Positions 27,312 to 38,116 of a stretch of 45,446 nucleotides of DNA are shown one piece after another. The stretch is from an uncultured Spirochaetaceae bacterium (GTDB lineage: Bacteria; Spirochaetota; Spirochaetia; SZUA-6; DRHE01). The notes below the pieces were generated by a model. The model was not told the DNA's origin, made no database searches, and was given only the letters and a program-made list of their open reading frames with translations. Where the stretch lies: NCBI GenBank assembly GCA_964495755.1, contig CAZBXU010000004.1:1-45446 (forward strand), written 5' to 3'. Both the position numbers and the translations under genes were made by a program. Each line of letters starts with the position of its first letter. Within the stretch, counting starts at the first letter, position 1.

Positions 27312-29511
27312 CAACGATACCTCCCCATCGCCGATTTCCGCTCTCAAGCTGCGGTTGGCCGCGGATCGATTGACCGGGGCCATTCTCGGCATAACCTTCA
27401 TTGTCGCCGTAGCGATCGTACTGGTAACGACTCAATTCGGCAGTGTTTTCCTCCTGCTGCGGCCTTCACAGTACGAGATCGGCAGCGTAGCGGAACGGGA
27501 CTACGTTGTGGAACGGGACATCCTCTATCTCGATCAAGAGGCGACGCGCCTGAAGAGAGAAGCGGCGGGCAAGCTGGTGATGCCGATTTTCCGGGTCAAC
27601 GAACGAATCGGTGAGGAACGGCTTCAAAGCTTCTCCGAGTTTAGGGAACGCCTGCTCGCCTTGAGGCGGGAGGAGAGCTCCCTGGACACCGTCTTTTTGA
27701 AGCTCCAGGTAGAGTTCCCGGGGGTGTTGTCCAAAGAGCAACTAGCCCGACTGCCCGACACCAACCAACTGCCCACCGTATTCGAGCAGGCAGAGACCAT
27801 CCTGGGGCAGATCTTTGAAACAGGCTTGATCAAGCTGCCCGGGCAGGATTCGGAGCTTCTGTCCCTCGGCGCCATTGCGGTCTGGCGCTGGATGGGGGGA
27901 AGGCTCGTCAAGGAGGAATATTTCCTCGAGGATGTCCTGACCAAGAATAATCTGGAAAGCTGGATCGAAGAACGTTTTCCTGAAATTCCGGCGCAGCTCC
28001 TGCCGCCTGCAAAAGACCTGGTACGGGCCTTTGCCATTGAAAACGGATTTTTTGATGCCGAAGAGACGGAAAAGAGCAGACAGAAGGCCATGGACGAGGT
28101 TGAGCCGGTTCAGGCCAAATTGGTGCGAGATCAGGTGATTGTCAGGCGGGGCGATATTATCGATGCTGAGACCGCAGCCCGGATAAGGGCGCTCGGCGAG
28201 TATTCGGTGACCGTCAATCTGAACAGCATCGCCGGGAATATATTGTTCCTGCTGATCGTGTTCTTCTTTTCGCTGTTCATGTTCCAAAAACGGGTTGTCG
28301 GCAGATCTCTGAAACACAACCAGGTGCTGTTTTTAGCCGCTACAGCGCTGATTTTTCTCCTGGCATCCGCCCTGTTGGCCCGTTTTTTCACTCCCGCCGG
28401 GGGAATACCTTTTTCGGTAATCCTGCCCACAGCCGCCATATCGATCCTGGTTACCCTGATCATCTCCACCCGGGCGGGCATCGCCCTGTCGCTGATCCTG
28501 GCTCTCCTGGTTCTGCCGGTTGCGGAGATGGACCCCTATTCATTCCTCTTTGTGCTGCTGACCGGTGTGGCCGGAACCGCCGTTGTCCAACGGGCCGAAC
28601 GCAGAATCGACCTTGTCCGAGCCGGTGTTTACCTGTCCGCATTGAATATCGTTCTACTGGTTTTCTCCGCCCTGCTGCATAGCATCGGCAGAAGTTGGTT
28701 GCTGCCGGTCCTGGGATGGAGCCTCCTGAACGGCTTCGTCTCGAGCATGATCAGCCTGGGATTTCTGCCGATCCTGGAACATGGTTTGAACACGGCCAAC
28801 CGATTCCGTTTGATCGAGCTTTCTGACCTGAACGCTCCAATCTTGAAGCGAATGCTGTCGCTGGCGCCGGGAACGTACAATCACTCGATCAGTGTGGCGA
28901 ATCTGGCAGAATCGGCCTGCAGTGCTATTGGAGCCAACGCTCTCCTGGCTCGGGTCGGCGCCTACTATCATGATATAGGAAAGATCGAACAGGCCGAGTA
29001 TTTTATCGAAAACCAAACTTCCTACAACAAGCACGACGAGCTGAAGCCGAGTCTCTCCGCTGCGGTAATTAAATCCCATCTGAAAATGGGAATCGAAAAA
29101 GCGCGGGAGTTGTCTTTGCCACAGGAGGTCCAGGAAATTATATCGCAGCATCACGGCCGCGGTGTTATTAAATATTTCTATCAGAGAGCACTGGAAAAGG
29201 ACGAAAAAACAAATGTGACCTCCGATGACTACTCCTATCAGGGTTATCGTCCCAGCAGCAAAGAAGCGGCCGTGGTCATGCTGGCCGATACTGTCGAAGC
29301 GGCCACCCATACACTGAAAAAACCCACAATCGCCAAGCTGGAGAAATTCGTTTGGGACAACATCATGGAGAAGTTTGTATCTCAAGAGCTTGGTGACAGC
29401 CAACTTACCTTTCGGGATTTGGAGATGATAAAGAAGAGCTTCGTGCAAGTTCTGGCCGGGTACTATCATTCCCGGATTGAATACCCGAAGGTAAAAGAGG
29501 CTGCCCGGTGA
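27289..29511 (+). CDS. pgpH: 7TM-HD (HDIG) phosphodiesterase, PgpH-like
   Basis: extracellular domain, 7 TM segments, APGTYNHS, YYHDIGK, FIENQ, HHG, MLADTVEAA. Confidence 0.88.
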   Translation: MKQTKKTSNDTSPSPISALKLRLAADRLTGAILGITFIVAVAIVLVTTQFGSVFLLLRPSQYEIGSVAERDYVVERDILYLDQEATRLKREAAGKLVMPIFRVNERIGEERLQSFSEFRERLLALRREESSLDTVFLKLQVEFPGVLSKEQLARLPDTNQLPTVFEQAETILGQIFETGLIKLPGQDSELLSLGAIAVWRWMGGRLVKEEYFLEDVLTKNNLESWIEERFPEIPAQLLPPAKDLVRAFAIENGFFDAEETEKSRQKAMDEVEPVQAKLVRDQVIVRRGDIIDAETAARIRALGEYSVTVNLNSIAGNILFLLIVFFFSLFMFQKRVVGRSLKHNQVLFLAATALIFLLASALLARFFTPAGGIPFSVILPTAAISILVTLIISTRAGIALSLILALLVLPVAEMDPYSFLFVLLTGVAGTAVVQRAERRIDLVRAGVYLSALNIVLLVFSALLHSIGRSWLLPVLGWSLLNGFVSSMISLGFLPILEHGLNTANRFRLIELSDLNAPILKRMLSLAPGTYNHSISVANLAESACSAIGANALLARVGAYYHDIGKIEQAEYFIENQTSYNKHDELKPSLSAAVIKSHLKMGIEKARELSLPQEVQEIISQHHGRGVIKYFYQRALEKDEKTNVTSDDYSYQGYRPSSKEAAVVMLADTVEAATHTLKKPTIAKLEKFVWDNIMEKFVSQELGDSQLTFRDLEMIKKSFVQVLAGYYHSRIEYPKVKEAAR

Positions 29512-29960
29512 ACGAGATCGAAATCGCTTCGACGGGCATCGATGAGCCGGGTTGGCTGCAGCGCTGCCGGCGCCTTGCAGCAAAAGTACTGAAAGCCCGC
29601 GGGATCAACCGCTGGGAACTGTCCATCCTCATAACAGATGACCCCACCATCCGGAAGCTGAACCGGCGCTACCGGGGGGTGGATTCGGCAACGGACGTTT
29701 TGTCATTTTCTCAAAGGCTTGCGGAGGAGAAGCTGAATGCCCGGAGCGTGTATCGACCGGCAGGGGATATCGTGATATCCGTGGATACCATGGCTCGAAA
29801 CGCGGGGGAGTTCAGGATCTCCGAAGAGGAGGAATTGAAGCGCTTGCTGATTCATGGCATCCTGCACCTGGAGGGTATGGATCATCCCGATGAGCAGTCC
29901 GAAATGATAACGATACAGGAAAGTATTTTGACACGATTGAAAAAGGAGAAAATATTTTGA
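29508..29960 (+). CDS. ybeY: rRNA maturation endoribonuclease YbeY
   Basis: LNRRYRG...TDVLSF, GDIVIS, HGILHLEGMDH. Confidence 0.95.
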   Translation: MNEIEIASTGIDEPGWLQRCRRLAAKVLKARGINRWELSILITDDPTIRKLNRRYRGVDSATDVLSFSQRLAEEKLNARSVYRPAGDIVISVDTMARNAGEFRISEEEELKRLLIHGILHLEGMDHPDEQSEMITIQESILTRLKKEKIF

Positions 29961-30733
29961 AGAAAAGAAGCTTCCTGGACAGGCTTCTTAGGAAAGTCTC
30001 CCTTGAAGAGAATTTGAACAACCTGGATACGACCGCTATGGCAATGGTGAAGGGGATCATTTCCCTGTCCGAGTCCAACGTCAAAGAAATCATGGTCCCC
30101 AGGATCGATGTGGTCTCGATCTCGCTGGACACGCAGGTTCCCGAGATCGTGGATATTATATCCGATTGCGGTCACTCCCGGTTCCCGGTGTATCGTGATA
30201 CCGTCGACAATATCGTTGGGATCCTTTATGCCAAAGATCTATTGGACTATATGGTCAAAAAAGCGCCGGAAGCCGAGCTCGACAAGTTGATTCGACCGGC
30301 CTATTTCGTGCCGGAGAGTAAGAAGCTCGATTCTCTGCTCCGAGAGTTCCAACGCCGGCGGGTGCATATCTCCGTTGTGGTTGACGAGTACGGCGGCACC
30401 TCCGGGATTGTCTGCCTCGAGGATATCATCGAGGAGATTGTGGGAGAAATCCAAGACGAGTTTGACAATGAAACCGAAGAACTGATGAAGGTCAGTGAAG
30501 ATGTGTATCTCTGTGATGCCCGGGCAAATCTCGAGGGGCTGAATGAGCAGCTTAAAATCGAGCTTCCCGGCGAGGACTTTGATACGCTGGGGGGGTTTGT
30601 TTTCGATCTATTCGGCAAAATTCCGGTACGATACGAGAAGGTGAGCTATAAGGGGATCGATTTCATCATTCAGAATATGGAGGGACACAAGATCAATACG
30701 ATCAAGATTGTCCTACTGCGGGAAGGAGCCTGA
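29957..30733 (+). CDS. CBS-pair/CorC_HlyC protein (CorC/TlyC-like)
   Basis: IMVPRID, HSRFPVY, VVDEYGGTSGIV.LEDIIEEIVGEIQDEFD, DTLGGF. Confidence 0.92.
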   Translation: MKKRSFLDRLLRKVSLEENLNNLDTTAMAMVKGIISLSESNVKEIMVPRIDVVSISLDTQVPEIVDIISDCGHSRFPVYRDTVDNIVGILYAKDLLDYMVKKAPEAELDKLIRPAYFVPESKKLDSLLREFQRRRVHISVVVDEYGGTSGIVCLEDIIEEIVGEIQDEFDNETEELMKVSEDVYLCDARANLEGLNEQLKIELPGEDFDTLGGFVFDLFGKIPVRYEKVSYKGIDFIIQNMEGHKINTIKIVLLREGA

Positions 30734-30742
30734 GAAAGGCTG

Positions 30743-32728
30743 ATGAAAACTCTTGCTGCCGTCATTTTGACTCTGTGCTCGGCTGGAATGCTCTTTGCCC
30801 AAACAGGAGCCGATGAAGCGGCGGATCCGAGGACCCTGTATCAGCGGGGGCGGGAGGAGCAGGCTCGTTCGAACCTGCCGGCAGCGGTCGAACTGTATCG
30901 GGCGGCCTTGAGAGAAAATCCGGCCTACGATAGACCTCTGATTGGTCTGGCGGAAACCTTTTTCGTCCTCGAAGAGTACGAAGAAGCACTGGAGTATCTG
31001 AAAGAAGCCCAAAAATACGACCAGGGCAATCTTGATCTGATCGTTCTCGAGGGAAGGATCTCCATTGCTCTGAATCAACCCACCAGGGCCAGGATCCTCT
31101 TCGAATCGGTGCTCGAGAAGGAGAAAAACAACCTTGATGCCCGTTTTGGACTGGCCGAGTTGGATATTGCTCAGGGACGGACCCGGAATGCCGGCCGGCG
31201 ATACATCGAAACCCTGAAGATCCGTCCGGAGAGCCAAAAGGCCCTGCTCTCCCTGGTGCTGCTTAGCGACGCCCGGGGGGACCGGAATGCCGCCGAGGCC
31301 TATCTGGAACTCGCCTTGAAGTACCATAGCTACGACCCGCGGGTCCACTATGCTGCGGGGCGTTTTTCCATTGAGGAGGGAAGGCTCGATCGGGCTCAAA
31401 ACTATCTGCTCACGGCGATCGCCCTGGATACTGAATACACGGAGGCAAAACGACTTCTCGCTCAAGTCTGTCTACTGCGGGATGAGCCGAACAAGGCGAT
31501 CGACATTCTTAGAGAGATCCTGGAGACCGACCGTACCCCCCCCCTGGTATGGTACTCTTTGGGCCTGGCCTATGATCGCAGCGGTGATCCTGAACAAGGA
31601 ATTCGCAGTCTTGCCCAGGCCTTGAGGCGGAGTCCGGACGACGAAATCGCCCGTATCGCCCTGGAGAACATCGCCCTGAACAAGTTGCCGATCGACGATC
31701 CCATCCGCGGACGCTACGCGGCCTACCATCTGGAGCGGGGAAACCTGTTCAAGGAAAGGAATCTTCCGGCAAAGGCTTTGATGGAGTACAGGAGAGCCCT
31801 GCGGCTGCAGCCGGAGTCCAAAGAACCCCGGTTGTTCTATGCAGACCTGTATCGACTGATGGGATTCCCGGTAAAATACATGAAGGAGCTGGAGGTGCTG
31901 CGGGACCTTGGCTACACAGATCCGCTCATACTCGATGATATCGAGATCATCGCCAGTTCCCGCTACGAGAGTATCGGAGCGGTGTGGGGAATCGACCAGT
32001 ACAGCCTGGATAAAAAACGCTTCTCCGTTGCACTGTATCACCTCCAGCCGGCTACCCGGGAGCTTCACCCCTTCGCCGGCCGGGCCGCGGCGGAGTATCT
32101 GCACGACCTTCTGCAGCGCTACCCCGGTCTGGAGCTTCTCGATGCCGCCTTGAATGTCGACAGTTATGAATCCGCCTTCAGGAAGGCCCGCAGCCTCGGT
32201 TCCGATTATTTTCTGATGCTCCATATAGAAGAATCGGAGAGAAGCTTCACGGCCGTATTGGACATGTATCTCACTGCCACGGGGAAATTGCTTCAATCCT
32301 ACCGGGTTTTTCGAACCGGGAACGATCGAGTGCAGGACAATTTCAATATCTTGGCGGAGCGATTTTTCGACGCCCTGCCCCTGAAGGGAACCCTGCTGGC
32401 CAGACAGTTTGACCGCGGAGTCATCGATCTTGGCAAGCACGAGGGGTTGGAGCCGGGACAGGAACTGTCCATCGTCAAGAAGGGAAGGCTTCGTTTGGAG
32501 AACAGCAAGATCGGACTGACCACAAACCGGGAAGATATCCTCGGCACCTTCACCGTGACCGCGGTGGATGAGAATATCAGTGAGGGAACGGTGCAAAAAC
32601 ACAGCTTTTTCGACCTGATCAACTCGGGGGACGAAATCATCGCGTTGGTACCGGAGCCCCCGCCTGCGCAAATCGAGGAAGGTGAACCCGGATTACTGCG
32701 GCGTCTAATGAGTGTCATCGGTCGTTGA
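30743..32728 (+). CDS. exported tetratricopeptide-repeat protein
   Basis: signal peptide, multiple TPR-like repeats, C-terminal beta domain (IDLGKHEGL..G). Confidence 0.85.
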   Translation: MKTLAAVILTLCSAGMLFAQTGADEAADPRTLYQRGREEQARSNLPAAVELYRAALRENPAYDRPLIGLAETFFVLEEYEEALEYLKEAQKYDQGNLDLIVLEGRISIALNQPTRARILFESVLEKEKNNLDARFGLAELDIAQGRTRNAGRRYIETLKIRPESQKALLSLVLLSDARGDRNAAEAYLELALKYHSYDPRVHYAAGRFSIEEGRLDRAQNYLLTAIALDTEYTEAKRLLAQVCLLRDEPNKAIDILREILETDRTPPLVWYSLGLAYDRSGDPEQGIRSLAQALRRSPDDEIARIALENIALNKLPIDDPIRGRYAAYHLERGNLFKERNLPAKALMEYRRALRLQPESKEPRLFYADLYRLMGFPVKYMKELEVLRDLGYTDPLILDDIEIIASSRYESIGAVWGIDQYSLDKKRFSVALYHLQPATRELHPFAGRAAAEYLHDLLQRYPGLELLDAALNVDSYESAFRKARSLGSDYFLMLHIEESERSFTAVLDMYLTATGKLLQSYRVFRTGNDRVQDNFNILAERFFDALPLKGTLLARQFDRGVIDLGKHEGLEPGQELSIVKKGRLRLENSKIGLTTNREDILGTFTVTAVDENISEGTVQKHSFFDLINSGDEIIALVPEPPPAQIEEGEPGLLRRLMSVIGR

Positions 32729-32753
32729 CACTGATGGCGCTTTTCCTTATATT
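32725..32753 (+). promoter_or_regulatory. sigma70 promoter of gap-pgk-tpiA-secG
   Basis: TTGACA-17-TATATT. Confidence 0.75.
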
Positions 32754-32796
32754 CAGGCCTGAATAATTAAGTGCAACAATCCTACATGGGGGACGT

Positions 32797-33786
32797 ATGA
32801 AGATTGCTATCAATGGATTCGGAAGAATTGGACGTAGTGTGTTCAAGGTGGCCATGGAACGAAAGAATATCGAGGTGGTCGCCATCAATGATATCACGGA
32901 CGCCAAAACACTGGCGCATCTACTGAAGTACGATTCAAACTACGGCAAATACTCCAAAAGTGTCGAAGCCAAGGACAACGGTCTGATTGTAGACGGGAAG
33001 AAAATCGCCGTTCTGGCGGAGCGAGATCCCAAAAAACTGCCCTGGGGGAAAATGGGAGTGGATTTGGTGATCGAATCCACCGGTATTTTCCGCCTTCGTG
33101 AGCAGGTTGCCTGGCACTTCGAGGCCGGGGCCAAACGGGCTATACTGACGGTGCCGGCCAAGGACAAGGTCGACAAGATGATCGTTCTCGGCGTGAATGA
33201 CGACGATCTCAAAGACGAGGATCTGATCGTATCCAACGCTTCCTGCACCACCAACTGTCTAGCCCCAATAGCCAAGGTTCTTCTCGATAACTTCGGAATC
33301 GTCGAAGGTCTGATGACCACGGTCCACGCGTATACCAGCGATCAGAAACTGCAGGATGCTCCCCACTCCGACCTGCGCCGCGCTCGGGCTGCCTGCCTAT
33401 CCACTATTCTCACTTCCACCGGAGCAGCCAAGGCTGTAGGCAAGGTTATCCCGGAGCTGGACGGAAAACTCAATGGTGTGGCTCTGCGGGTTCCCGTTTC
33501 AACAGGTTCCCTCGTTGACCTGACGGTCAAACTGGAGAAGGACGCCAGCGTGGAAGAAGTGAATGCAGCGATGAAGAAGGCTGCCGAAGGCAAGATGAAG
33601 GGAATCCTGGAGTACTGCGAGGATCCTATCGTCTCGGTGGACGTCATCGGGAATACCCATTCTTCGATTTTCGACGTCCAAGCCACCATGAAACTGGGCA
33701 GCGGATTCTTCAAGGTGTTCTCCTGGTATGACAACGAGTGGGGATATTCCAACCGGGTCGTCGACCTTGCCGAGAGGATGAAGTAG
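32797..33786 (+). CDS. gap: type I glyceraldehyde-3-phosphate dehydrogenase
   Basis: INGFGRIGR, SNASCTTNCLAP, WYDNEWGYS. Confidence 0.98.
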   Translation: MKIAINGFGRIGRSVFKVAMERKNIEVVAINDITDAKTLAHLLKYDSNYGKYSKSVEAKDNGLIVDGKKIAVLAERDPKKLPWGKMGVDLVIESTGIFRLREQVAWHFEAGAKRAILTVPAKDKVDKMIVLGVNDDDLKDEDLIVSNASCTTNCLAPIAKVLLDNFGIVEGLMTTVHAYTSDQKLQDAPHSDLRRARAACLSTILTSTGAAKAVGKVIPELDGKLNGVALRVPVSTGSLVDLTVKLEKDASVEEVNAAMKKAAEGKMKGILEYCEDPIVSVDVIGNTHSSIFDVQATMKLGSGFFKVFSWYDNEWGYSNRVVDLAERMK

Positions 33787-33795
33787 AAGATACCG

Positions 33796-34980
33796 ATGGG
33801 CAAGAAAACGGTAGAAGATGTCGACCTTCGAGGGAAGCGCGTACTGTGCAGAGTAGACTTCAATGTGCCCATCAAGGACGGGCGCATTGGGGATGACACT
33901 CGCATACAGGCTTCCCTGGATACGATCAACTACGTTCTAGATCAGGAAGGCGCCTCTCTGGTGCTGATGAGTCATCTGGGACGACCCAAGGGGAAAGTCG
34001 TCCCGGAGTATAGCCTCAAACCGGTGGCGCAGAGATTATCCGAGCTCCTCCATCGGGAAGTCCTCATGGCCGCGGATTGTGTGGGCCCGGAGGTAGAGAA
34101 ACAAGCGGGTGCCTTGAAAGCAGGGCAGGTACTCCTGCTGGAGAACGTTCGTTTCCACCAAGAGGAGGAGGCCAACGACCCGGAATTTGCGGCGCGCCTG
34201 TCCCGTCTGGGAGAGCTCTACGTCAACGATGCCTTTGGAAGCGCCCATAGGGGGCACGCTTCAACCGAAGGTGTGGCACATCACCTTCCCGGGGTGGCCG
34301 GATTTCTGATGGATAAAGAGATACGTTTTCTCGGCGGTGTGCTGGAGAATCCAATGAAGCCGTTCATAGCCATCATCGGCGGAGCCAAGGTTTCCACAAA
34401 AATAGCGGTGCTCGAGTCACTCCTCACCAAAGTGTCGAGCTTCATCATCGGCGGCGGTATGGCCTATACTTTTCTGAAAGTGCAGGGCCATCAGGTCGGT
34501 AACTCTCTGGTTGAGGAAGAATTGCTCGACACGGCGGGCAGTCTGCTCAAGAAGGCAAAACAGCAGGGGGTCGATATTCTGCTTCCCGTCGATCACCTGG
34601 TTGCCTCCGAGTTCTCCGACCAGGCCAAGGCGGAGTATATCGCTGCGGTTGATATCCCCGAAGGCAAAATCGGTATGGATATAGGAAAACTTACTCTGGA
34701 ACGGTATAATGAGGTGATCGCAACGGCCAAGACCTTGGTTTGGAATGGACCCCTCGGAGTCTTTGAGTTTGCCGAGTTCGCCAAAGGGACCTTGGAGACC
34801 GCAAAAGCGGTAGCCCGGTGCCCGGGAACCACGGTGATCGGAGGCGGGGACAGCGTTGCAGCGGTGAAACAGTTCGGCCTGGATGATAAAATTACCCATG
34901 TGTCCACCGGAGGCGGTGCGTCCCTGGAGTACCTGGAGGGCAAAGAGTTACCCGGGATCGTGGCCCTGCAGAATAAATAG
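33796..34980 (+). CDS. pgk: phosphoglycerate kinase
   Basis: [40 protein letters not shown]. Confidence 0.98.
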   Translation: MGKKTVEDVDLRGKRVLCRVDFNVPIKDGRIGDDTRIQASLDTINYVLDQEGASLVLMSHLGRPKGKVVPEYSLKPVAQRLSELLHREVLMAADCVGPEVEKQAGALKAGQVLLLENVRFHQEEEANDPEFAARLSRLGELYVNDAFGSAHRGHASTEGVAHHLPGVAGFLMDKEIRFLGGVLENPMKPFIAIIGGAKVSTKIAVLESLLTKVSSFIIGGGMAYTFLKVQGHQVGNSLVEEELLDTAGSLLKKAKQQGVDILLPVDHLVASEFSDQAKAEYIAAVDIPEGKIGMDIGKLTLERYNEVIATAKTLVWNGPLGVFEFAEFAKGTLETAKAVARCPGTTVIGGGDSVAAVKQFGLDDKITHVSTGGGASLEYLEGKELPGIVALQNK

Positions 34981-34998
34981 AGTGAGGAAAACAAACAT

Positions 34999-35757
34999 AT
35001 GCGCACACCGTATATAGCCGGAAATTGGAAGATGCACAAAACGAGAACCGAGGCTGAAGAATTGGCCCGGGAACTGGTTCGGACCTTGGATCGGGAGGCA
35101 AAGAAAGTTATGATTGCTCCCGCCTTTACAGCGCTTGGCTCGGTGAAAACCTGTTTGGAGGGCAGCCACATCCTTTTGGGAGCCCAGAATATGGGATCAG
35201 AGGAACAGGGCGCCCACACCGGTGAAGTATCGGTTCTCATGCTCAAAGATCTCGGCGTGGATGTGGTCATCCTGGGTCACTCCGAACGACGCCACAAGTA
35301 TGGGGAACCTGACGAACTGATCAACCTGAAGGTCAAGCTGGCTCTTTCCCACGGACTGGACGTGATCCTCTGCGTCGGAGAGACGTTGGAGCAGCGGGAG
35401 AGCAGCGTAACCACAAAGATCGTCGAGCAGCAGATGCGACGCGGTCTGGAAGGTGTGGCGGAGGGAGGGTTGGCTAAGGTAACAATCGCCTACGAACCGG
35501 TATGGGCGATCGGGACCGGTAGAACCGCCACTCCAAAAGATGCGGATGATACGCACCGATTCATCCGAGATCTGGTGTCCCGGATGTACAGTGCAAAAGC
35601 CGCCGATGCAATGGTTATTCAATACGGCGGCTCGGTGAAACCAAACAATGCGGCCGAGCTGATGGGCATGGAAAACATAGACGGGCTGCTGGTTGGCGGT
35701 GCCTCTCTGAGCGCCGACAGTTTCGTGCCGATTGTTCGCTACGATGCTGGGGGTTGA
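34999..35757 (+). CDS. tpiA: triosephosphate isomerase
   Basis: AGNWKM, GHSERR, AYEPVWAIGTG, YGGSV, LVGGASL. Confidence 0.98.
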   Translation: MRTPYIAGNWKMHKTRTEAEELARELVRTLDREAKKVMIAPAFTALGSVKTCLEGSHILLGAQNMGSEEQGAHTGEVSVLMLKDLGVDVVILGHSERRHKYGEPDELINLKVKLALSHGLDVILCVGETLEQRESSVTTKIVEQQMRRGLEGVAEGGLAKVTIAYEPVWAIGTGRTATPKDADDTHRFIRDLVSRMYSAKAADAMVIQYGGSVKPNNAAELMGMENIDGLLVGGASLSADSFVPIVRYDAGG

Positions 35758-35760
35758 TAA

Positions 35761-36150
35761 ATGGGATTGTTAAGCATCATTCTCTTAGTGATATTTGCGC
35801 TTGCCGCGCTGATCATGATACTCATGATCATGCTTCAGGACGATCAGGGCGAGGGGATCGGCGGACTGTTCGGCGGGGGGAGCACAACGCCCTTCGGTTC
35901 CAGATCGGGGAACATCCTCACCCGTTTTACTTCCATCCTTGGAGCGATATTTATCGTCTTTGCTTTAGCTTTGGCCTGGCTGAACCGGTCCCCTGGAACC
36001 ACGGATATCGTAGAAAAAGCGCGGCTCGAGCGGGTCCAGGAAGCGGAAGAGTCAGACTGGTGGGTCGAGCGAATCGAAGAGGTCGAACCGGGGGAGGAAG
36101 AGGCGAAAGAAGGCGGGGAATCGGAACTGCCTATAGGAATCAACCGGTAG
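35761..36150 (+). CDS. secG: preprotein translocase subunit SecG
   Basis: two TM helices flanking LQ...G.G.GGLFGGG...FG; acidic tail; follows tpiA. Confidence 0.92.
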   Translation: MGLLSIILLVIFALAALIMILMIMLQDDQGEGIGGLFGGGSTTPFGSRSGNILTRFTSILGAIFIVFALALAWLNRSPGTTDIVEKARLERVQEAEESDWWVERIEEVEPGEEEAKEGGESELPIGINR

Positions 36151-36188
36151 GACTCCGCCGCTGCGGCCTGAAGAAGACATCCCAAACT

Positions 36189-36851
36189 ATGAACGCAATG
36201 AATAAGGTGGTAAAGCTCTTCAACGAGCTGATTGCCGAGGGCGAAAAATTCAAGCTGACATGTAAAAAACTGTACTTTTCGGGCCAGAAAAAAGCGATAT
36301 CACCGGAAGTCTTTGAAGAATGGAAGACAAAATGTCTCAGTCTGCTCAAATCCACATTTGGATCCTCCAGCCCTCAATTCGATAATTTCGCCAATGCAAA
36401 ATTTTTCGACTACTACAATTCCACTCAAATTTTCCTCGGTATTTTGAAGGCTGCCCGGGCCGATCTACAAAAAGGGTACTTCTTTCACAAGGACCTCATG
36501 CTGAGCGTCAATATCTACGATTCGCTCCTAAGCCGGGCTCGCCGATACATCGACAACGATGAAATCGCAAAAGCCGAAGCCATAGTAGAAGTCGTTCTCA
36601 ACGAAGTATTGAGCAAAATCTGCAACAACAAGAAAATACCCTTTGCGCAGGAAGATACGATCGGGTCTCTCGCTGACACTCTGGTAAGAGCTGAAGCAAT
36701 ACCGGAGACGACGAGGGATCACCTGCTGCAGCTGCACGAGCTGTTCCGCCGGTCAACGACGACCAGCGGCGCTGAATTAATGGCCACGATCAAATGGATT
36801 CTCTCTTTTCTCAATGAATTTCTAGGTGGACAGATCCTGATTCTGAACTAG
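36189..36851 (+). CDS. DUF4145/HEPN-like protein with degenerate active-site motif
   Basis: N-terminal FEEWK...FG.SS domain; C-terminal A..I.EVVL...L.KIC....I pattern; RNxxxH is absent. Start 36189 or 36198; the ORF-track extension overlaps secG. Confidence 0.65.
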   Translation: MNAMNKVVKLFNELIAEGEKFKLTCKKLYFSGQKKAISPEVFEEWKTKCLSLLKSTFGSSSPQFDNFANAKFFDYYNSTQIFLGILKAARADLQKGYFFHKDLMLSVNIYDSLLSRARRYIDNDEIAKAEAIVEVVLNEVLSKICNNKKIPFAQEDTIGSLADTLVRAEAIPETTRDHLLQLHELFRRSTTTSGAELMATIKWILSFLNEFLGGQILILN

Positions 36852-38038
36852 TCTTCCTTGGAAATATCCGCCAAAGACAGAGAAAGCAACCTCAATTCGT
36901 CCTGCAGGTACAGCACGTAGAGACAATCGCCGACCTGCAACGCTCGGAAACGTTCGATATCCACATCGCCTGTTACCAGGGGCACCTTCCGGTACTGCGA
37001 TCCCTTGGCAGCGGGGTACAGCAAAGATAACTGATAGCTCCTCTTATCCTCCTGATCGGCGGTCTGCTCGTTAAACAAGAAGAAGCGTCGGTCTTCATAG
37101 GAGGCAAGAAAAACCGAGGTTGTTCCCTCGCAAAGGGTCACGGGAATTACGTCGAAGGACTTTTGTTCGAGGGCGGAATCGCCGATCAGTTCTGTTTCAA
37201 GCAGAGTAATCGTCGATTCCAAAGGCTCAAAGATGAGAATGAGAAGACGCCCATTTTCGATCGTACTGTAGTGGGTCTTCCCCGCGGTATAAACAGCCTG
37301 AGCGGCTATTTCATTATCTTTCACATGTACCCAATAGAGCCGATTTGACGAGCCGTCATAAGCGGTGAAAGCCCAGAAATCGTCCTGTTGAACCACGGAT
37401 ATGTCTCCTTGAGCCACAAAATCCCCGGATGGAAAGACGGTTGTGGAGATCCGTTTAAGATCTCTGTCCTTGTTAAGTATGTACAGGGACAAAGCTCCGT
37501 CTTCCGCAACCACAGCTTGTATCTCGCCGCCCTTACCGAGTCTTCCGATAAGCGGATATCTCAGCCCCGGGAGTGAGTCGATCCTCCATGCATCGTCATC
37601 ATCGGTCCTGCTCAGCCATTTCAACACCAGGTTGCCCTCGCTCTCCAGATCCGTATAGAGGATATGGCGGGTGGAGCCGCCGGCAAGAAACAGGTGTCTG
37701 CCGAAATTGATGTCGATTTCGGGAGTGTAGCTGATTCGATCCAGATAGGTCGTGTCACGAACGGCGAGGCTGCATGGTTTCCCCGCCGCGTTCATCAGGT
37801 TGACGGAGTCAACGATGTCAACGAAGTTGAGGGACAGGGCATTCAACGCGGGGTAGACAATGTAAAAACGATCGTTGTTCAGATGAAGAGAAAAATTTGT
37901 ACCAACCGAACTTTTCGCAATGGTAATCTCCTGAGTGGCGGGCAGGGGAGCCTTTGATCCGTGAAAACAGGAGAACAGCGTCAAACAGGTTGCAGCAAAG
38001 GTGAGGATCACGGCAATCCTGATGCAGCGATTCTTCAA
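36848..38038 (-). CDS. hypothetical lipoprotein (beta-rich, possible propeller)
   Basis: basic N-terminus, hydrophobic core, LFSC lipobox; extended -10 TGtTATAAT at 38093-38085. Confidence 0.75.
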   Translation of the reverse strand: MKNRCIRIAVILTFAATCLTLFSCFHGSKAPLPATQEITIAKSSVGTNFSLHLNNDRFYIVYPALNALSLNFVDIVDSVNLMNAAGKPCSLAVRDTTYLDRISYTPEIDINFGRHLFLAGGSTRHILYTDLESEGNLVLKWLSRTDDDDAWRIDSLPGLRYPLIGRLGKGGEIQAVVAEDGALSLYILNKDRDLKRISTTVFPSGDFVAQGDISVVQQDDFWAFTAYDGSSNRLYWVHVKDNEIAAQAVYTAGKTHYSTIENGRLLILIFEPLESTITLLETELIGDSALEQKSFDVIPVTLCEGTTSVFLASYEDRRFFLFNEQTADQEDKRSYQLSLLYPAAKGSQYRKVPLVTGDVDIERFRALQVGDCLYVLYLQDELRLLSLSLADISKED

Positions 38039-38049
38039 ACTCTGTATCC

Positions 38050-38079
38050 TTGACCTTTCCTAAGACTCGACCGTATACT
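38050..38079 (+). promoter_or_regulatory. sigma70-type promoter for flavodoxin-like gene
   Basis: TTGACC-18-TATACT. Confidence 0.55.
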
Positions 38080-38116
38080 AAACCATTATAACAGCATTGT
38101 AATTCAGAGGTAAGTC

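Noticed and set aside
28654-32671. 309-aa and 399-aa minus-strand ORFs
   Set aside because: Antisense shadows of pgpH and the TPR gene
35754-36188. N-terminal extension of the 365-aa ORF overlapping secG (possible dual coding)
   Set aside because: Low-complexity R/G-rich off-frame translation of secG; protein-like sequence begins at ATG 36189/36198
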